64,000 bases of DNA from NCBI GenBank assembly GCA_965603825.1, contig CBFDEM010000052.1, forward strand, positions 496,001 to 560,000, given 5' to 3'. Below, one piece after another: positions 12,259 to 24,213 of this stretch. Every line of letters begins with the position of its first letter. Position 1 is the first letter of the stretch. Source of the stretch: Blepharisma stoltei ATCC 30299 (Eukaryota; Protista; Ciliophora). A model generated the notes under the pieces. It was not told the DNA's origin. It was given only the letters and a program-made list of their open reading frames with translations, and did no database searches. Position numbers and translations under genes: made by a program.

Positions 12259-13326
12259 CTAAAACACGCTACACCTGTTTCTCAAAATATCAGGAGTTGG
12301 GCATTCATGCTTCTGATGCCTTTCTAGCAGCTTTGTCCTGCAGTCAAAACAAAAATATCGCTTCCCTTTGCATTTTTCTGATGTGCAAGCCATATATTTG
12401 CACCCTTTGTTTTTCTCGATGAGAACTTGGCATCAAGGACAGACGGTGAAATTTTCATTTTCCATTAAAGCTTTTATGTCGTCGTTCATATTAAGCCTTT
12501 CTTTATAAGCTTCGCAGGTCATCTGAGGATGTGGAGGGTTTTGGCATCTTGGACATCATTTCTGGGCACATGCCAAACATTCAACTTCTTCATAATTGCA
12601 CGGAACTAAGCAACTGTAGGTGCAATTAGGGGTTGGGCATTTAAAATAGATTGAGTTTAGCTTGTCTTCTTCACTTGGCTGTCAATTCTTAAGCAAATAA
12701 GTTTCTAATTTTTCTCTTTCTTCTACGGACAGTCTGCTTGTTATAATTTGCATGTCAATTTCATCGCTGCATTCAGGGCATACAAAATGCTCTCGGGATG
12801 TTTTTCCTTGGGTTATAAGATCAGCGAAATATCCTCTGAAGCATTCTTCGCAGTATCTGTGGTCACAGTCTAAGGTGATAAATTCGCTAGCCCTCTTTGA
12901 CATGGTGCAGATACCACACTGTAGTAATGGTTCTAGAAGTTTGTCGAGTTCATCTGGTCCGCCGTATCCTAAAGCAATAATTTCTTTAGGAATTTCCTTG
13001 GCACAGCCTTCAACTGGACACCCCGAAGTCCTCCATTCTTTGATATTCCCATTTGTTATTTTTTCTATTAAATTCTTTAAACAGTCAGGGCTACAGATAA
13101 AATGATTGCAAGTTAGTTTTATTCGCTTTTTCAGATCTTTTGTGTGGCAGTTTGCACAATCAAAGTTAAAAATGATTTTCGGTATGCACTGATATTGAGA
13201 GTTTTTCAATAAAGGTCCAATTTTGTCGAGAACTTCTTTGCATTTCGCTTTGGAGTACTGTTTTGAGTCCATGATTTCATTAAGCTGCCTTATATACATT
13301 GCAATTTTAATGACAGAAGGATCCAT
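12259..13326 (-). CDS. RBR (RING1-IBR-RING2) E3 ubiquitin ligase with an extra N-terminal RING-like domain and C-terminal CSVF
   Basis: Extended past 12682 by TGA=Trp at 12682, 12556 and 12433: FKCPTPNC..ECLACAQKWCPRCQNPPHPQMTCE (IBR) and CPWCQVLIEKNKGCKYMAC..C..YFCFDC (RING2); ends TAG. Confidence 0.85.
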
Positions 13327-13367
13327 CGTATTTATTATTTTATTAATCTATAAAAAATATTTAGCAT

Positions 13368-15086
13368 CTACGTATTGGGTACAGGGATAGGTGTTACTAA
13401 TTTTGATCGCTTTTTATCATGACTGGGAAGTAATGGTAAAATTATATCAGGTGAATCATGGTCTGGCAGCATGGATTTATTAAATGAAGAGTTTATAAGA
13501 TTTCTTGCGGTCCCTACAAGTTTGTCCATCTCAGGTGCGATTGAGTTTGAAATTCAGTTTAGTAGGGATGAAGAATTTCTATAAATTTCAAGCCTTTTGC
13601 GGTTTTTTGTGCCTGCAGTATCGGTAGAATCAAGAAGGGTTTTAATGGTAGCATGATGAAGAATAGCTTGCATTTCTAGCTGCTTGTGTAAATCGTCAAT
13701 TGCTTGTGCAGCAGCCACCATATCTTCTTGTTTACTTAATAAATCATTCATTGAATAAAGATCTTCTTTATCTGCTTTGTTTTCAATTTTTTGTTTGAAT
13801 TCTTCAAAATGATTATACAGATTTAAAAATAGCTTCATGTCTTTTTTAAAAATTTTGAAATTAAAATCAAATGTGTCAAGCCGAGAGTTCACATAATGAA
13901 TATTATCTATATGAGCTATCTGCCGGTTGTCTATTGTAGTAAAATGAGATTCTGTGTTAATTTTAAACGAAATAAAATCATTTTCTTTGCAAAAAGTCGG
14001 GAGAACTTGCTGGATTTTTGAAAGATCGTCTTTTGATGCTTTATCTAGAAGGAGCTCGTCGTATCTTTCGATTATTTTTTCAAAAAGTTCTGTTTTTTTG
14101 GAAAAAATGTTTACTTTTATGTCAAAATTTCTTATTTGTGGCTCAGTTTCTATTTTGAAGTCATTGAAATCTTTTTCGTCAGTTTTTTTATTGATTGCGC
14201 TTATAACAAATTCAATATCAGGGTTTCAAGGTTTTGAATGAAGCGAATTATTTACTTTACTGATTTCTGATTTAAGCTTATCTGCTATTCTAAAATGCGT
14301 TTCTTTATTTGTATCAATTTCTTTTTTAGTCAGATTAATTTTTTCTTGTATCTTTTCAACTTCTTCAGCAAAATCTGTTTTTTTACAATAATCCCCTACT
14401 TGTCCCATAACATTATCAATAATCGTTTTTTCTAAATTCGAAATCATATCCCTAGATGCATAAGAATTCATTTTTTGGTTCAGTCACTCTACCTGATCAT
14501 TTAGTGCCCTAAATTCTTGCAAACTTACTAATTTAATTATTTTATCTTCGATATCTTTAATATCTCCAATACTAGCTTTCGTAGTTACTGTATCAGATAA
14601 TTTATTAAATAATCCGAACGGGGCTTTTAATGCTAAATCTTCTTTTAAATCGCTGATTTTATTTTCAAAAAAATCTTCTCTTTCGGTCATTGCGGCTTGA
14701 TTCCTAAACATAACTTCTAGCTGGGATTTGAAGATGTCTAAACTGTCTTTAATTTCATAATGTTGATCATAATTGGAATCTTTGAAGTTATCAAATTCTG
14801 CCCGAAGTTCTCTTAAAATATCATAAGGCTCTGATAGTTTGTTGTTGATTTCAGTGAGTATGTTGCTTTTTATTTCTTTTGCGAGTGAATTTAAGAAAAA
14901 AAAACCTTTTTCAAATAACGATTTTCCTTGAATAAGATCTCGAAAATCTTTTAGGATAGGGAGAAGGTCCAAAACTGTTCCACGAATTTCGTTGTAGGAT
15001 TTTTTAAGCTCAGAAATAGAGTCTTTTATTTCTAGAAGAGGATCTATCTTTTGGTCTTCAGGCTTTTCAGAGCCTTCTGTTTCCAT
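13368..15086 (-). CDS. Long coiled-coil protein, function unknown
   Basis: One frame after reading TGA at 14484, 14226 and 13554 as Trp; recurring KA(D/S)K.D units; ends TAG. Confidence 0.75.
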
Positions 15087-15443
15087 AATAATTTCACATT
15101 TAAATAATTTTTTTGGTTAGAAAGTAATTCTTTTGCTTCAAAGAGATTGGATTAAAGATAAATTATCGATATTTTCATAACAATACTTAATGATCTAATT
15201 TCGTTAAAAAAATCAAAGGATAATTTGATCATAATTTTTCACCAACCACCTTAATAAATACATTTATTGCCAGCTCATTGGCATTTTTATTCAAAAAACC
15301 CAAACATAGATTTCATTATGGCGCAGTCATAAAATCAATATGTTGAAAAAATTAAATAAATAGGGCTTAGCCTTCACAATTAACCAAATCTCCTCCTCAT
15401 CTCATTATAATTTATTATCTCTTTGTAATAAAGTTGTATTAAA

Positions 15444-16407
15444 ATGGTTAATACGACCTGCATTTCAACACTTGGAGTAACATGATGCAGTATCGCTTAT
15501 GTTCTGGCTGGTCTCTCATTCCTTGAATTACTTGCTACAGTATTATAAAATCAGGGTTACCAAGTCGCAATGCATATAAAATTATTTAGGATTTTCATGA
15601 ATAAAGTATTAGCAATTCTGTATATCCAGTTATTGCAGACAATATTTATGTTTGTTCATTATATGATTATTGACTCAGCTTTTGATATTTTGTTTTTAAT
15701 TATGATTTATTTGCAGTTCGTAGAAAATACTTTGGTGTTTTATTATTTTGCAGGGGAAGCCTCAAAAATGAAAAAGGGGAAAATGTATAACATTATGGGC
15801 ATTTCTTTGCTTATCGCAAATATAAGCTATTTAACTGGATACATGATTTATATAGGGATTGCTAGTGGCTCAAACGAAGATATTTATGACTGTACAAATG
15901 GTATTTGGATATATCTGCGTGCAAGTGGGTTGGTTCTTACAGTACTTTTCTTTATTTTAGGAGTGAGAATGGCTTATGAACTAAAGATTTTAAAGCAAAA
16001 CAGCTTAATGATCAACACAAGCAGAGAAAAAGAACTATGGTAATTTTTCCATCAGGTTTTTGATTTTAATTGTGCTTTTTGGCAATATTGTTGCTATGGT
16101 GCAAACTATGATACAAGTTTTAACACCTCATAATAACTGTGTAGTTCTATTTTCAAGTGCAAGCTTAGGGATCAATATCTTTTTATTCCTTTTAATAAGA
16201 TTTATGAGCCAAGATATATTCAATGTTTATTGTTTATATGTTTTCTGGGCAGGAAGAAGGGATTCAAGTGCTGAGGAGTCAGGAGTAAATTTAATATAGA
16301 TTTCTCTTCCTATAGATGACCCATTTGGATCACCTATTATGAGCCATTGCTCAAAAGATATAGCAGAAGAAAATGTGGATTCAAGTCAAGAAATATCGTT
16401 TTACTAA
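15444..16407 (+). CDS. Seven-TM-like membrane protein (GPCR-like topology)
   Basis: ATG 15444; TGA 15483; introns 15540-15554, 16040-16055 (16 nt) and 16285-16299; about seven hydrophobic segments, extracellular Cys residues, acidic tail; stop TAA 16405-16407. Confidence 0.7.
15540..15554 (+). other. 15-nt spliceosomal intron
   Basis: GTATTATAAAATCAG. Confidence 0.78.
16040..16055 (+). other. 16-nt spliceosomal intron
   Basis: GTAATTTTTCCATCAG; restores the frame between two TM-encoding ORFs. Confidence 0.7.
16285..16299 (+). other. 15-nt spliceosomal intron
   Basis: GTAAATTTAATATAG. Confidence 0.72.
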
Positions 16408-16618
16408 GACGGTGTATTTTCTATTAAAATGAATTATCGTAACGAGCAATATTCATTTTAAAAATAATTATTATGGATAACTAATTAGTAATAATTTATC
16501 CTAAGAGGTTTTTATCATTATAATAAATTTTCTTTGATGCTTTATTCCTATATAACTTAAAAAGATTTTCCTTAGACATTTTTAGGCTTATTCAAAAGGG
16601 ATTCCATATAGAATCAAT

Positions 16619-17164
16619 ATGAACTGGTATTCAACAATTTGGTATTGGTGGAGCTGGTACTCGCTTTTCCCCTTCGTATTCATAACTCTTTATCGTCTCA
16701 GAAATCAAGAAAGTTCTTTCGGCTTGAAGGAAAAAGCATTGAAGACTTTTACGTTAGACAAAATATTCAGATTTCTATTGATTCCAATGATAGCGTATTA
16801 TATTCTAGACTCAATCTACATTATAATGCAGTATTACCGTATGGATGGGTGCAACTTGTCATTCTTATCACACCATTTGGTCACTTTATCTGGAGTTCCA
16901 GCATGCTATAAACTCCCTTATTATCCTTGGTTCCTTATGGCGCCCATCACATGGCATGCTTTACTAATCGCTTGGCCTTATGAGACGTGGCTTAATTACC
17001 CTTATTTAGCAATTATTAGCTTGATGGCTTATGGACTGATGCAAAAGCCCTGGAAAGACCTGCCTGCTTACCAATCTGTATTTAAGGTCGGATATTGGCT
17101 GGTTCCAACATTAGTAGGGCTTTGGTTTTGGGACTGTAAAAATGACTTAGCTAATGTCCTTTAA
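16619..17164 (+). CDS. Trp-rich multi-pass membrane protein, possibly TLC-domain-like
   Basis: Hydrophobic helices with YILDS..FLSHHLV, reminiscent of the TRAM/LAG1/CLN8 motif. Confidence 0.6.
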   Translation: MNWYSTIWYWWSWYSLFPFVFITLYRLRNQESSFGLKEKALKTFTLDKIFRFLLIPMIAYYILDSIYIIMQYYRMDGCNLSFLSHHLVTLSGVPACYKLPYYPWFLMAPITWHALLIAWPYETWLNYPYLAIISLMAYGLMQKPWKDLPAYQSVFKVGYWLVPTLVGLWFWDCKNDLANVL

Positions 17165-17233
17165 TTATAACAAAACTAGTTTACCTGACTATAAGATTTT
17201 AATGAATATATGCTAAATTATATATTCTTTTAA

Positions 17234-18706
17234 CTAATGTTTAGCATATTGTGATAAGTTTGCAGGAACCACAATGTAGTCTGGCTTTATTTCAACTAAA
17301 GGTTCATTTAAAATTGAATCCGAAGAAAATTCGTTTACACTGCCAGAAAGACTTGATGAGGACTGATCATTATAATGGCACTCTTCAGAAGAAATACTGG
17401 CTATTGTACACTGCATTTTCTTTTTATTTAACCGATTCCTTGTAAATTTATATATCAAAGCAGCTATAATGATCCCTAATACTGCAGCCCCTGACGCTAT
17501 AATAATAATTGACGTTAAAGAAACCCCGCTTTTTGAGCTGCTTTTATCAGGTACATAATTTGACTTTGCTTGGGCAAGCCCAATAGTCCCATCATCCATA
17601 TTTCACACTGAATAGTAGGCTCGTAAGAAAACGTCCCCTAAAACTCAGCTTTCTCCAGCATTTTCTCCTAATAAAAGAGAACAGAGCCCTGTTGTCGCAT
17701 TCCAATGAAAATAATGAAACGCTGAAACTTGAAATTCTTGCCCATTCCCTAAATAAAACGAGAGAGGTGGGTAATTTTCTGTTGAGTTTTCATATGGACA
17801 TTCACAGTAAATATAGCCATTATTTTGGTCTTCTTCACAGCCTTGGTGGAACCGAAAAGCATCTTTTATTGTTGAATGATCCAAAATTGAGGCTAAAATC
17901 ATAGAGGTGCCAATGTCAAAAATCACACTTTTGGATTCGATTGCAAGTCCTGCTTCTAAATGAACAGCTGCTAATGGGACTTCCCAATATCCAGAAGAAT
18001 TCGTAACGTTCAAATAAGTAAATTTATCATCATATGAATAAGTCTCTAAGTCACATCCTCCAAGCATAAGATTGGATGGAATAGCATCAGCGTCGTCATC
18101 TCCTTCTGAGCTTAAATATAACGAAAACATTGAGCTATTAGTCATGCCTTGAAGCTTCAAGTTTTGCACGAAATTTGCATAGCCGCCGCTTAGCTGGCTG
18201 AAACCAAGCCCTAAAACACCGTCAGCTAAGAATAAGGTTTCAGTGTCTATAAAATTTTCATTTACCAGCACAAAAAATTGGCTGACTCCAAGTGCTTCTG
18301 AGAGAAATACAGAATCCATGCCTATTGTCCCGCTTGCAGTAATATTTAAAACCTAAATAAAATTTACATCAATTATTGTTGACAGAGCGGTGCTTACATA
18401 AGTCTTAGACTTCCCTGGGACAAATGATCTCTGAATAGGCTCACAATTGAGGCACTCGTCTGAAACCACCCAAAGTCACTGTATAAAACTTACAGATTCA
18501 GCAGTGTCCAAAAGGACATTGAAAGATTGAGGAGGGTTTCCAATGTTTATTTCTACTGAGTATTGATTCTATATGTCTTATACATTTTTATAGTTGTCGA
18601 CATCAGTCGATGAACTCTTTTTGTAAACAGGGATGCTAATGCCGATTTCTTGTTGAGGTAGCGAGTAGCAATACCATATTGAAGCTACTAGAAAGATCGC
18701 AAACAT
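17234..18706 (-). CDS. Pepsin-family (A1) aspartic protease homologue, type I membrane, degenerate active-site motifs
   Basis: Signal peptide; QYSVEINIGNPPQSFNVLLDTAES-W-LWV, ADGVLGLGF, SGYWEV, VIFDIGTS, W-VLGDVFLRAYYSV-W; introns 18569-18583, 18479-18493 and 18353-18367; TGA at 18476, 17645 and 17603; C-terminal TM helix. Confidence 0.88.
18353..18367 (-). other. 15-nt spliceosomal intron
   Basis: GTAAATTTTATTTAG. Confidence 0.82.
18479..18493 (-). other. 15-nt spliceosomal intron without an in-frame stop
   Basis: GTAAGTTTTATACAG; removal restores pepsin-like DTxxS-x-LWV spacing. Confidence 0.8.
18569..18583 (-). other. 15-nt spliceosomal intron
   Basis: GTATAAGACATATAG. Confidence 0.82.
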
Positions 18707-18964
18707 TATTTATTATTTCAATGAGTTTGCCATCTTTGGCTTCTTTGCGTTAGAAACCATTTGATTTTATTCGATCTTTCAGAATTTCATCAACACAGGT
18801 TGAAAAGCTAATATTCCCTCTAAATAATGCTTCTAAAGGTGATTTTTGGGTTATTATTATAGAATATATGATGTCATATTAAGTTTAGCCACGTCATCAT
18901 TGCTATAAAAAATTCATTTTCCTCACAAAATCCATTATCATTAGTTTTAGTAATTTGCAATAAA

Positions 18965-19249
18965 ATGGGAAACTGCTTAACTTTCTTAATCCCACCTAAA
19001 ACCGCCCCAGAAACCCCTAGAGGGAGTGTTGAAGTACTTACTTCAAAGACTGAAGAAGAATACGAAAGAAAAGAATCTGAGATGAAAGAAATAAAAAAAT
19101 TTGAAGAAAATAAAACAAAGTTTGAGTTTAAAAAGTATTATCGGCAGATTTCGATTAAAAAGGCGGAAGAAGAGAAAAAGGACCTAGAAGATATTAAGTG
19201 GGCGAAAGAGGTGTTTAGAGAAGAAGAGCTGGGGCAATATGCTGTGTAA
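18965..19249 (+). CDS. Small charged protein with N-terminal MGNC acylation motif
   Basis: Clean 94-aa ORF with AT-rich flanks. Confidence 0.65.
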   Translation: MGNCLTFLIPPKTAPETPRGSVEVLTSKTEEEYERKESEMKEIKKFEENKTKFEFKKYYRQISIKKAEEEKKDLEDIKWAKEVFREEELGQYAV

Positions 19250-19320
19250 AATAAAATAAAAATTGAAGAAGAAATTTTTCTTAAGTCAATTTTCGAATAA
19301 ATTTATAATTGAATTTTTAA

Positions 19321-20667
19321 ATGTCAAAGCTACCAAGAATGGAGCCTCTAAACTTAAGCGAAGCTGAAAGCGACCCACAGCTCAAGCGAACATTCCGTGG
19401 TCACCGTGGGACAGTCACAGCTGTCGACATAAGCCCTAATTTAAAGCAAGCTTTATCCGGATCTGAAGACGCTACACTTCAAGTTTGGCACTTTAAGCCT
19501 GAAACAAGGCCATATCGCTTTATAGGTCACAAAAGTGCTATAACAGACGCCGCATTTTCTCCAAGCGGCGATTTAATAGCTTCATCTTCTAAAGATGAGA
19601 CCGTCCGCCTGTGGCAAAACAGCATTGAAGGGCGCTCAGTAACTCTTCGCGCTCATTCAGCAGCTGTCCGAAGCGTCTGTTTTTCCTGTGATGGTGCTTT
19701 ATTATTAACAGCCTCTGACGACAAGACTATCAAAATCTGGACCGTTTCTGATAGAAAATTCCAATACTCATTACTCGGCCATGCAAATTGGGTAAGAGAT
19801 GCAAAATTCAGCCCAGATGCTCGAATGGTAGTATCAGGTAGTGATGATAAAACAGTTAGACTATGGGATTTGGGGTCTAAAGCCAATATTCATTCTTTTT
19901 CAGACCATTCTGCAGTCATTCATGCTGTAAGGTTTCACCCAGATGGGACATGTGTAGCTGCAGGAAGTGCGGATAAAAAAATCAAGATCTGGGATGTTAG
20001 GTCACAAAGGATTTTGCAGCATTATGATGCTCATGCAGATGCAGTTACGTCTATTTCATTCCATCCTTCTGGAATGTACTTACTTAGTTCTTCTAAAGAT
20101 GCAACCTTAAAAATCTGGGACTTAAGGCAAGGACAAGTATTATATACACTATACGGCCATGAAAGAGCTGCAACTGCTGTCAATTTTTCTAATAATGGAG
20201 AATATTTTGCATCTGGAGGAGGAGACAGTATGGTAATGGTCTGGAGGGCAAATCTTGAAAATCAGCTACAAGGAAGAGGAGAAAGGCCTTCAGCAATGGA
20301 CAGAAGTGGAGACCTTCAGGTTGAAGTAAGAAATTCTATAAACAAAACACCTTTAATGCAAAAAAATACAGAAAATGAAAATGAGCCAGAAATTAAGCCA
20401 CTTCAATTAGGAAATAAAAGCCAAAATCTGCAGGAAACTGGAAGGTCAAATGAATCTAAACGAGCAAGCAGAATTCCAGAGGAGCTTACGTCTGTGCTTG
20501 ACAGGATTAATACAAGATTAGATGTGCTGACAAGGACAATAGTACTGCTAGAACAAAGGGTGTCGAAATTTGAAAACCATGTGGAGTATCTTGATATGGT
20601 GACAGCTGGAAATGAGGAGCAGCTACAGGAGTTTCAGCCGACAGCACCACTTGAGCATTTTCAATAA
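19321..20667 (+). CDS. POC1: POC1 basal body/centriole WD40 protein
   Basis: DPQLKRTFRGHR, seven WD40 repeats, C-terminal Poc1 coiled coil LDRINTRLDVLTRTIVLLEQRVSKFE. Confidence 0.93.
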   Translation: MSKLPRMEPLNLSEAESDPQLKRTFRGHRGTVTAVDISPNLKQALSGSEDATLQVWHFKPETRPYRFIGHKSAITDAAFSPSGDLIASSSKDETVRLWQNSIEGRSVTLRAHSAAVRSVCFSCDGALLLTASDDKTIKIWTVSDRKFQYSLLGHANWVRDAKFSPDARMVVSGSDDKTVRLWDLGSKANIHSFSDHSAVIHAVRFHPDGTCVAAGSADKKIKIWDVRSQRILQHYDAHADAVTSISFHPSGMYLLSSSKDATLKIWDLRQGQVLYTLYGHERAATAVNFSNNGEYFASGGGDSMVMVWRANLENQLQGRGERPSAMDRSGDLQVEVRNSINKTPLMQKNTENENEPEIKPLQLGNKSQNLQETGRSNESKRASRIPEELTSVLDRINTRLDVLTRTIVLLEQRVSKFENHVEYLDMVTAGNEEQLQEFQPTAPLEHFQ

Positions 20668-20999
20668 GCTATTTAACCTTTCTTAATTTATTACATTGAT
20701 TAACTATTTAATTGATTGACAATTTTGCTTTTCTAAAATCTACTTATATCCCAAGCTGATTTTTATGGCAAAAATCAATAAATTCAAATTTGAATTTTTA
20801 TCTAAAATTCTGATTTCCAATAAATTTTCATTTTTCTTAAATCAACAATTTCATTTTCGTTTGCATGGCCATTATTTTATTATTTTTATTAATAATACGT
20901 ATACAGCTCTATCCTTAAAATTTCTTAAATAGCCAAAACTATTGAGTTTTAATCTATAAATTACCATAACTAATAATTACTTGTAAACTGATAATTCAC

Positions 21000-22073
21000 A
21001 TGGGAAAGCGAAATAAGCATCATTCCAAATCTAGCAAGAAAGAGAAGCTAGTAACTTCTCATGAAAGAAAACACTATTTATTAAAGCTAAATATCGAGAA
21101 AAATAGCAATTCACGATTGTCCTTGTCGGATTATTTTTCTGATGACATTAAAATTCAGGACCTGATTCCTGAACAGATTTCACCTTTTCTCAAAGAATTT
21201 CTTGTTTCGATTTCATATATTTCTCAGGATTTTATCCAGTACTTCAGTCAATTTAAATTGAAAGTCTTGACGTTGAAATCTGACATTGTGCTGAGTCAGG
21301 ATCAGATGATTGATGTTGATATTAGCTTAAGAAATGAACTGATTCAAAAAGTTACTGAACTCTTAGCTCTAGGACTCGCTGAAGACATGCATCTTTATTT
21401 ATGCAAACTCTTTGCGGCCTTTATGGAATCCCTTCATAAGCAGCTAAAGCTTTTGAACGGAAAGAATTATATGCAGAGAATTATTGGACTATATAAATCT
21501 TATCAGACCATTGAAATTTTGGCAACAGAAATAGGACTGATTACGAAAAGCTTGCATTACTATACAAGTTTTTCATATGAAAATATCCTAAAATCACTAT
21601 TTTATATTAAATGTTTTGTGTTTTACGAAAATCTGATAAGCCATTGCAAAAAAGAGGACTCTCACAATACAATTCTCAAAACAGTTAACAAACTTGAAAA
21701 AGAGCTCAGTGACCTTGCAGAAAAAACCAAGCCACTGCAAATTTTTGACATTTTTTGCTGCTCAAACCCAGCAGAAGGATTCAAAAATTTACTATCTGAT
21801 TCTATGACTAAAAATAATTCTGGTGTGCTTTGCCATATTAATGGTGAAGCCCATGAAAGAAGAAATAGACCAAGAAAATCGAGGATTTCTACTGCAGAAA
21901 CATCGATGTCTCCCAAGTCAAAGATTAGCATTTCTTCTGACCTGGATAATGAAATTGAAGAGTTCAAGCACAGGCTTGAAGCTCTGAAACCAGCTATGAT
22001 AAGAGTAAAACCGAAAGTGAATAAAGAGTTTTTAATCCGCCTTCAACTGCAGATTAAAACAATAAGCTCATAA
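21000..22073 (+). CDS. Hypothetical protein
   Basis: 357-aa ORF; C-terminal LDNEIEEFKHRLE motif; no family recognised. Confidence 0.7.
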   Translation: MGKRNKHHSKSSKKEKLVTSHERKHYLLKLNIEKNSNSRLSLSDYFSDDIKIQDLIPEQISPFLKEFLVSISYISQDFIQYFSQFKLKVLTLKSDIVLSQDQMIDVDISLRNELIQKVTELLALGLAEDMHLYLCKLFAAFMESLHKQLKLLNGKNYMQRIIGLYKSYQTIEILATEIGLITKSLHYYTSFSYENILKSLFYIKCFVFYENLISHCKKEDSHNTILKTVNKLEKELSDLAEKTKPLQIFDIFCCSNPAEGFKNLLSDSMTKNNSGVLCHINGEAHERRNRPRKSRISTAETSMSPKSKISISSDLDNEIEEFKHRLEALKPAMIRVKPKVNKEFLIRLQLQIKTISS

Positions 22074-22371
22074 TTTGCTAAGGTTTAATTAAAATATCAT
22101 TTATTATTGATTATTAGTAAAAAAATTATTCCTTGGGGATTATAAAGCATGAAACTATTATAAATAGCCAAAATATAGTAGTTAACACTCATATTATTTT
22201 GGAAATAATAATAGAAATATTATTTATATTAACTTTATTTTACTTTCAGCAAATATAAACACTTTTTTCTTTGAATAATCTTACAGCAATAAATCCAAAC
22301 CCAAGATCCCCAAGCTCATTGCAAGACTACTTGAGATTATATCTATTACATATATTAACAAAATTACGAGT

Positions 22372-23067
22372 TTATGCTTCCACTTGTCCTTGTTCTCTTC
22401 CTTGGAAGTATCTCGTATTTATTTTCGGTAATTCTTCTACACTCTTCTTAAAAGGCAGCCTGTTTTTGTCAAGGTAATCAAATTGCTCTTTTCTCCTGGA
22501 TTCCCTATGGGTTCCAGGCATTCTTTTTGAAAAAGCATCTGGAGTGATAGGAACTAGCTTGGGTCTTAAAATTTTAGTATCATACACAAAAGGATTTGGT
22601 AGTGGATTTAATCTCGAAAAAGACTTGCTTCACGAAATATTATTATTTCCGTCCTTAAAAATTTGTCTAAATGTACGTGGAGATAATAAAGCTTCTTGGC
22701 TGCTGTCGATAGGTATTGTGTCTCCTGCATCATTTTGAAAAGCTGATACAATTGATGAGCCGAAATCCCCAGATTTTTGTATATTTGATTTTGACTCAGC
22801 TGTCGGTGACTGTGGTTCAAAAGTTTTCCCTTTTTTTACTACAATAACAGGCTTGAATGATGCAGGAGTGCTTATCACTATTTTATCTTGATTAAAACTT
22901 GTATGGTTTAAAGCATGATTTTCACTTGTTTGGGTACATACACTTTGAACCATCATTTCTCGGTAATTATGTAACGTTCCTCGGCTATCAACACTTATAG
23001 CATTTCGCTTTGGCCTTCTGCAGCATCCAAAAAATGATACTAGGCATCCAGATGATTTATTTGACAT
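22372..23067 (-). CDS. Hypothetical protein with Cys-rich N-terminus (possible palmitoylation sites)
   Basis: Two same-frame fragments joined by TGA at 22630; GCLVSFFGCC. Confidence 0.65.
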
Positions 23068-23427
23068 TTTTACAAATCTTACAGTGAGTGCATTTTTTCA
23101 ATAAATTAATAGGAAAAATAAAGGCTGCATTAATTTTATCTAATAACAGAATAATTACTATTTATTAATAGTAAAAGAGGCTGAATTGATGCGAAATTTA
23201 TTTTCAATAAATATTCAAATATTTAAGAAATTTGCTATAGCATTTATTGCAAGCTGTCTGCAATAAAAAAGCATAAATAATGGCTAGGAGATATTCTATT
23301 ATTGATTATATTAAAGCAGTCTCTTATAAAAATGTTTTAATTTATTATAAACTGCTTAAAGCATAAAAATTGCTATTGTTCTTTATTTATCTCAATTCCA
23401 GCGCATACAATTTTAATTTAAATAAAA

Positions 23428-24183
23428 ATGCCATTCCGAATTACAAATGAATCGATTTATTTAGGGATTGCAATACTCTTTATTACAGCCCCAAATATTG
23501 CTCACATCATCCTATCAGCTCTACTAGAAGACTCTTTTGCGATCCCATATCTCATTATTACTTGTTCTTTTTTCTGCCTAAATATTTTCTTATTATTCAA
23601 AACCTCATGCTCAAATCCCGGATATTTGTCTAAAAATTCATCCTTACCAGAAGAAACCACTGGTGTTATAGAAATCAATGGAATTACAGTCAGGCTAAAA
23701 CTATGCAATACCTGCAATATTTTGAAACCTCCAAGAGTCCATCATTGCAAAGTCTGCGATTTTTGTGTAGACAGGCAAGATCATCATTGCCCTTGAGTTG
23801 CCAATTGTATAGGGAGAAAAAATCATCGAGAATTTGTGATGCTTTTGCTGTTTTCTACTCTTGAGTCGGCTTATTTAATTGTAGCCGAGCTGTGTGTAGC
23901 TATTATTACTGATGACCCTCCAGGGCGTTATGCTGGAGAAATTATTTTAATTGTGTATGGAGCTATTATGTTTTGGTCTGTTGGAGGGCTACTTTTATAC
24001 CAGCTTTATTTGATTTTTTTAAATAAAACTACACATGAGCACCGAAGAAGAATTTTTGGAAATGATAATCCGTTTAAGTATGGCTGCTGCAAAAATTTGC
24101 TGCTATTTTGTTCAATGAAAGCTGAAACACCTGCTTCAAAGCCCAGCCCTCAAATTAACAATCAAATTGAAGAAAATAGTTAA
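23428..24183 (+). CDS. DHHC palmitoyltransferase (ZDHHC/Erf2-like)
   Basis: [30 protein letters not shown]-[TGA=W][13 protein letters not shown], NKTTHE, NPF; four TM helices. Confidence 0.93.
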
Positions 24184-24213
24184 TTAATAATAAATTGCTA
24201 CTTTAAAAGAGTT

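Noticed and set aside
16040-16060. Programmed ribosomal frameshift between ORFs 15570-16043 and 16060-16299
   Set aside because: A 16-nt GT..AG intron restores the frame more simply
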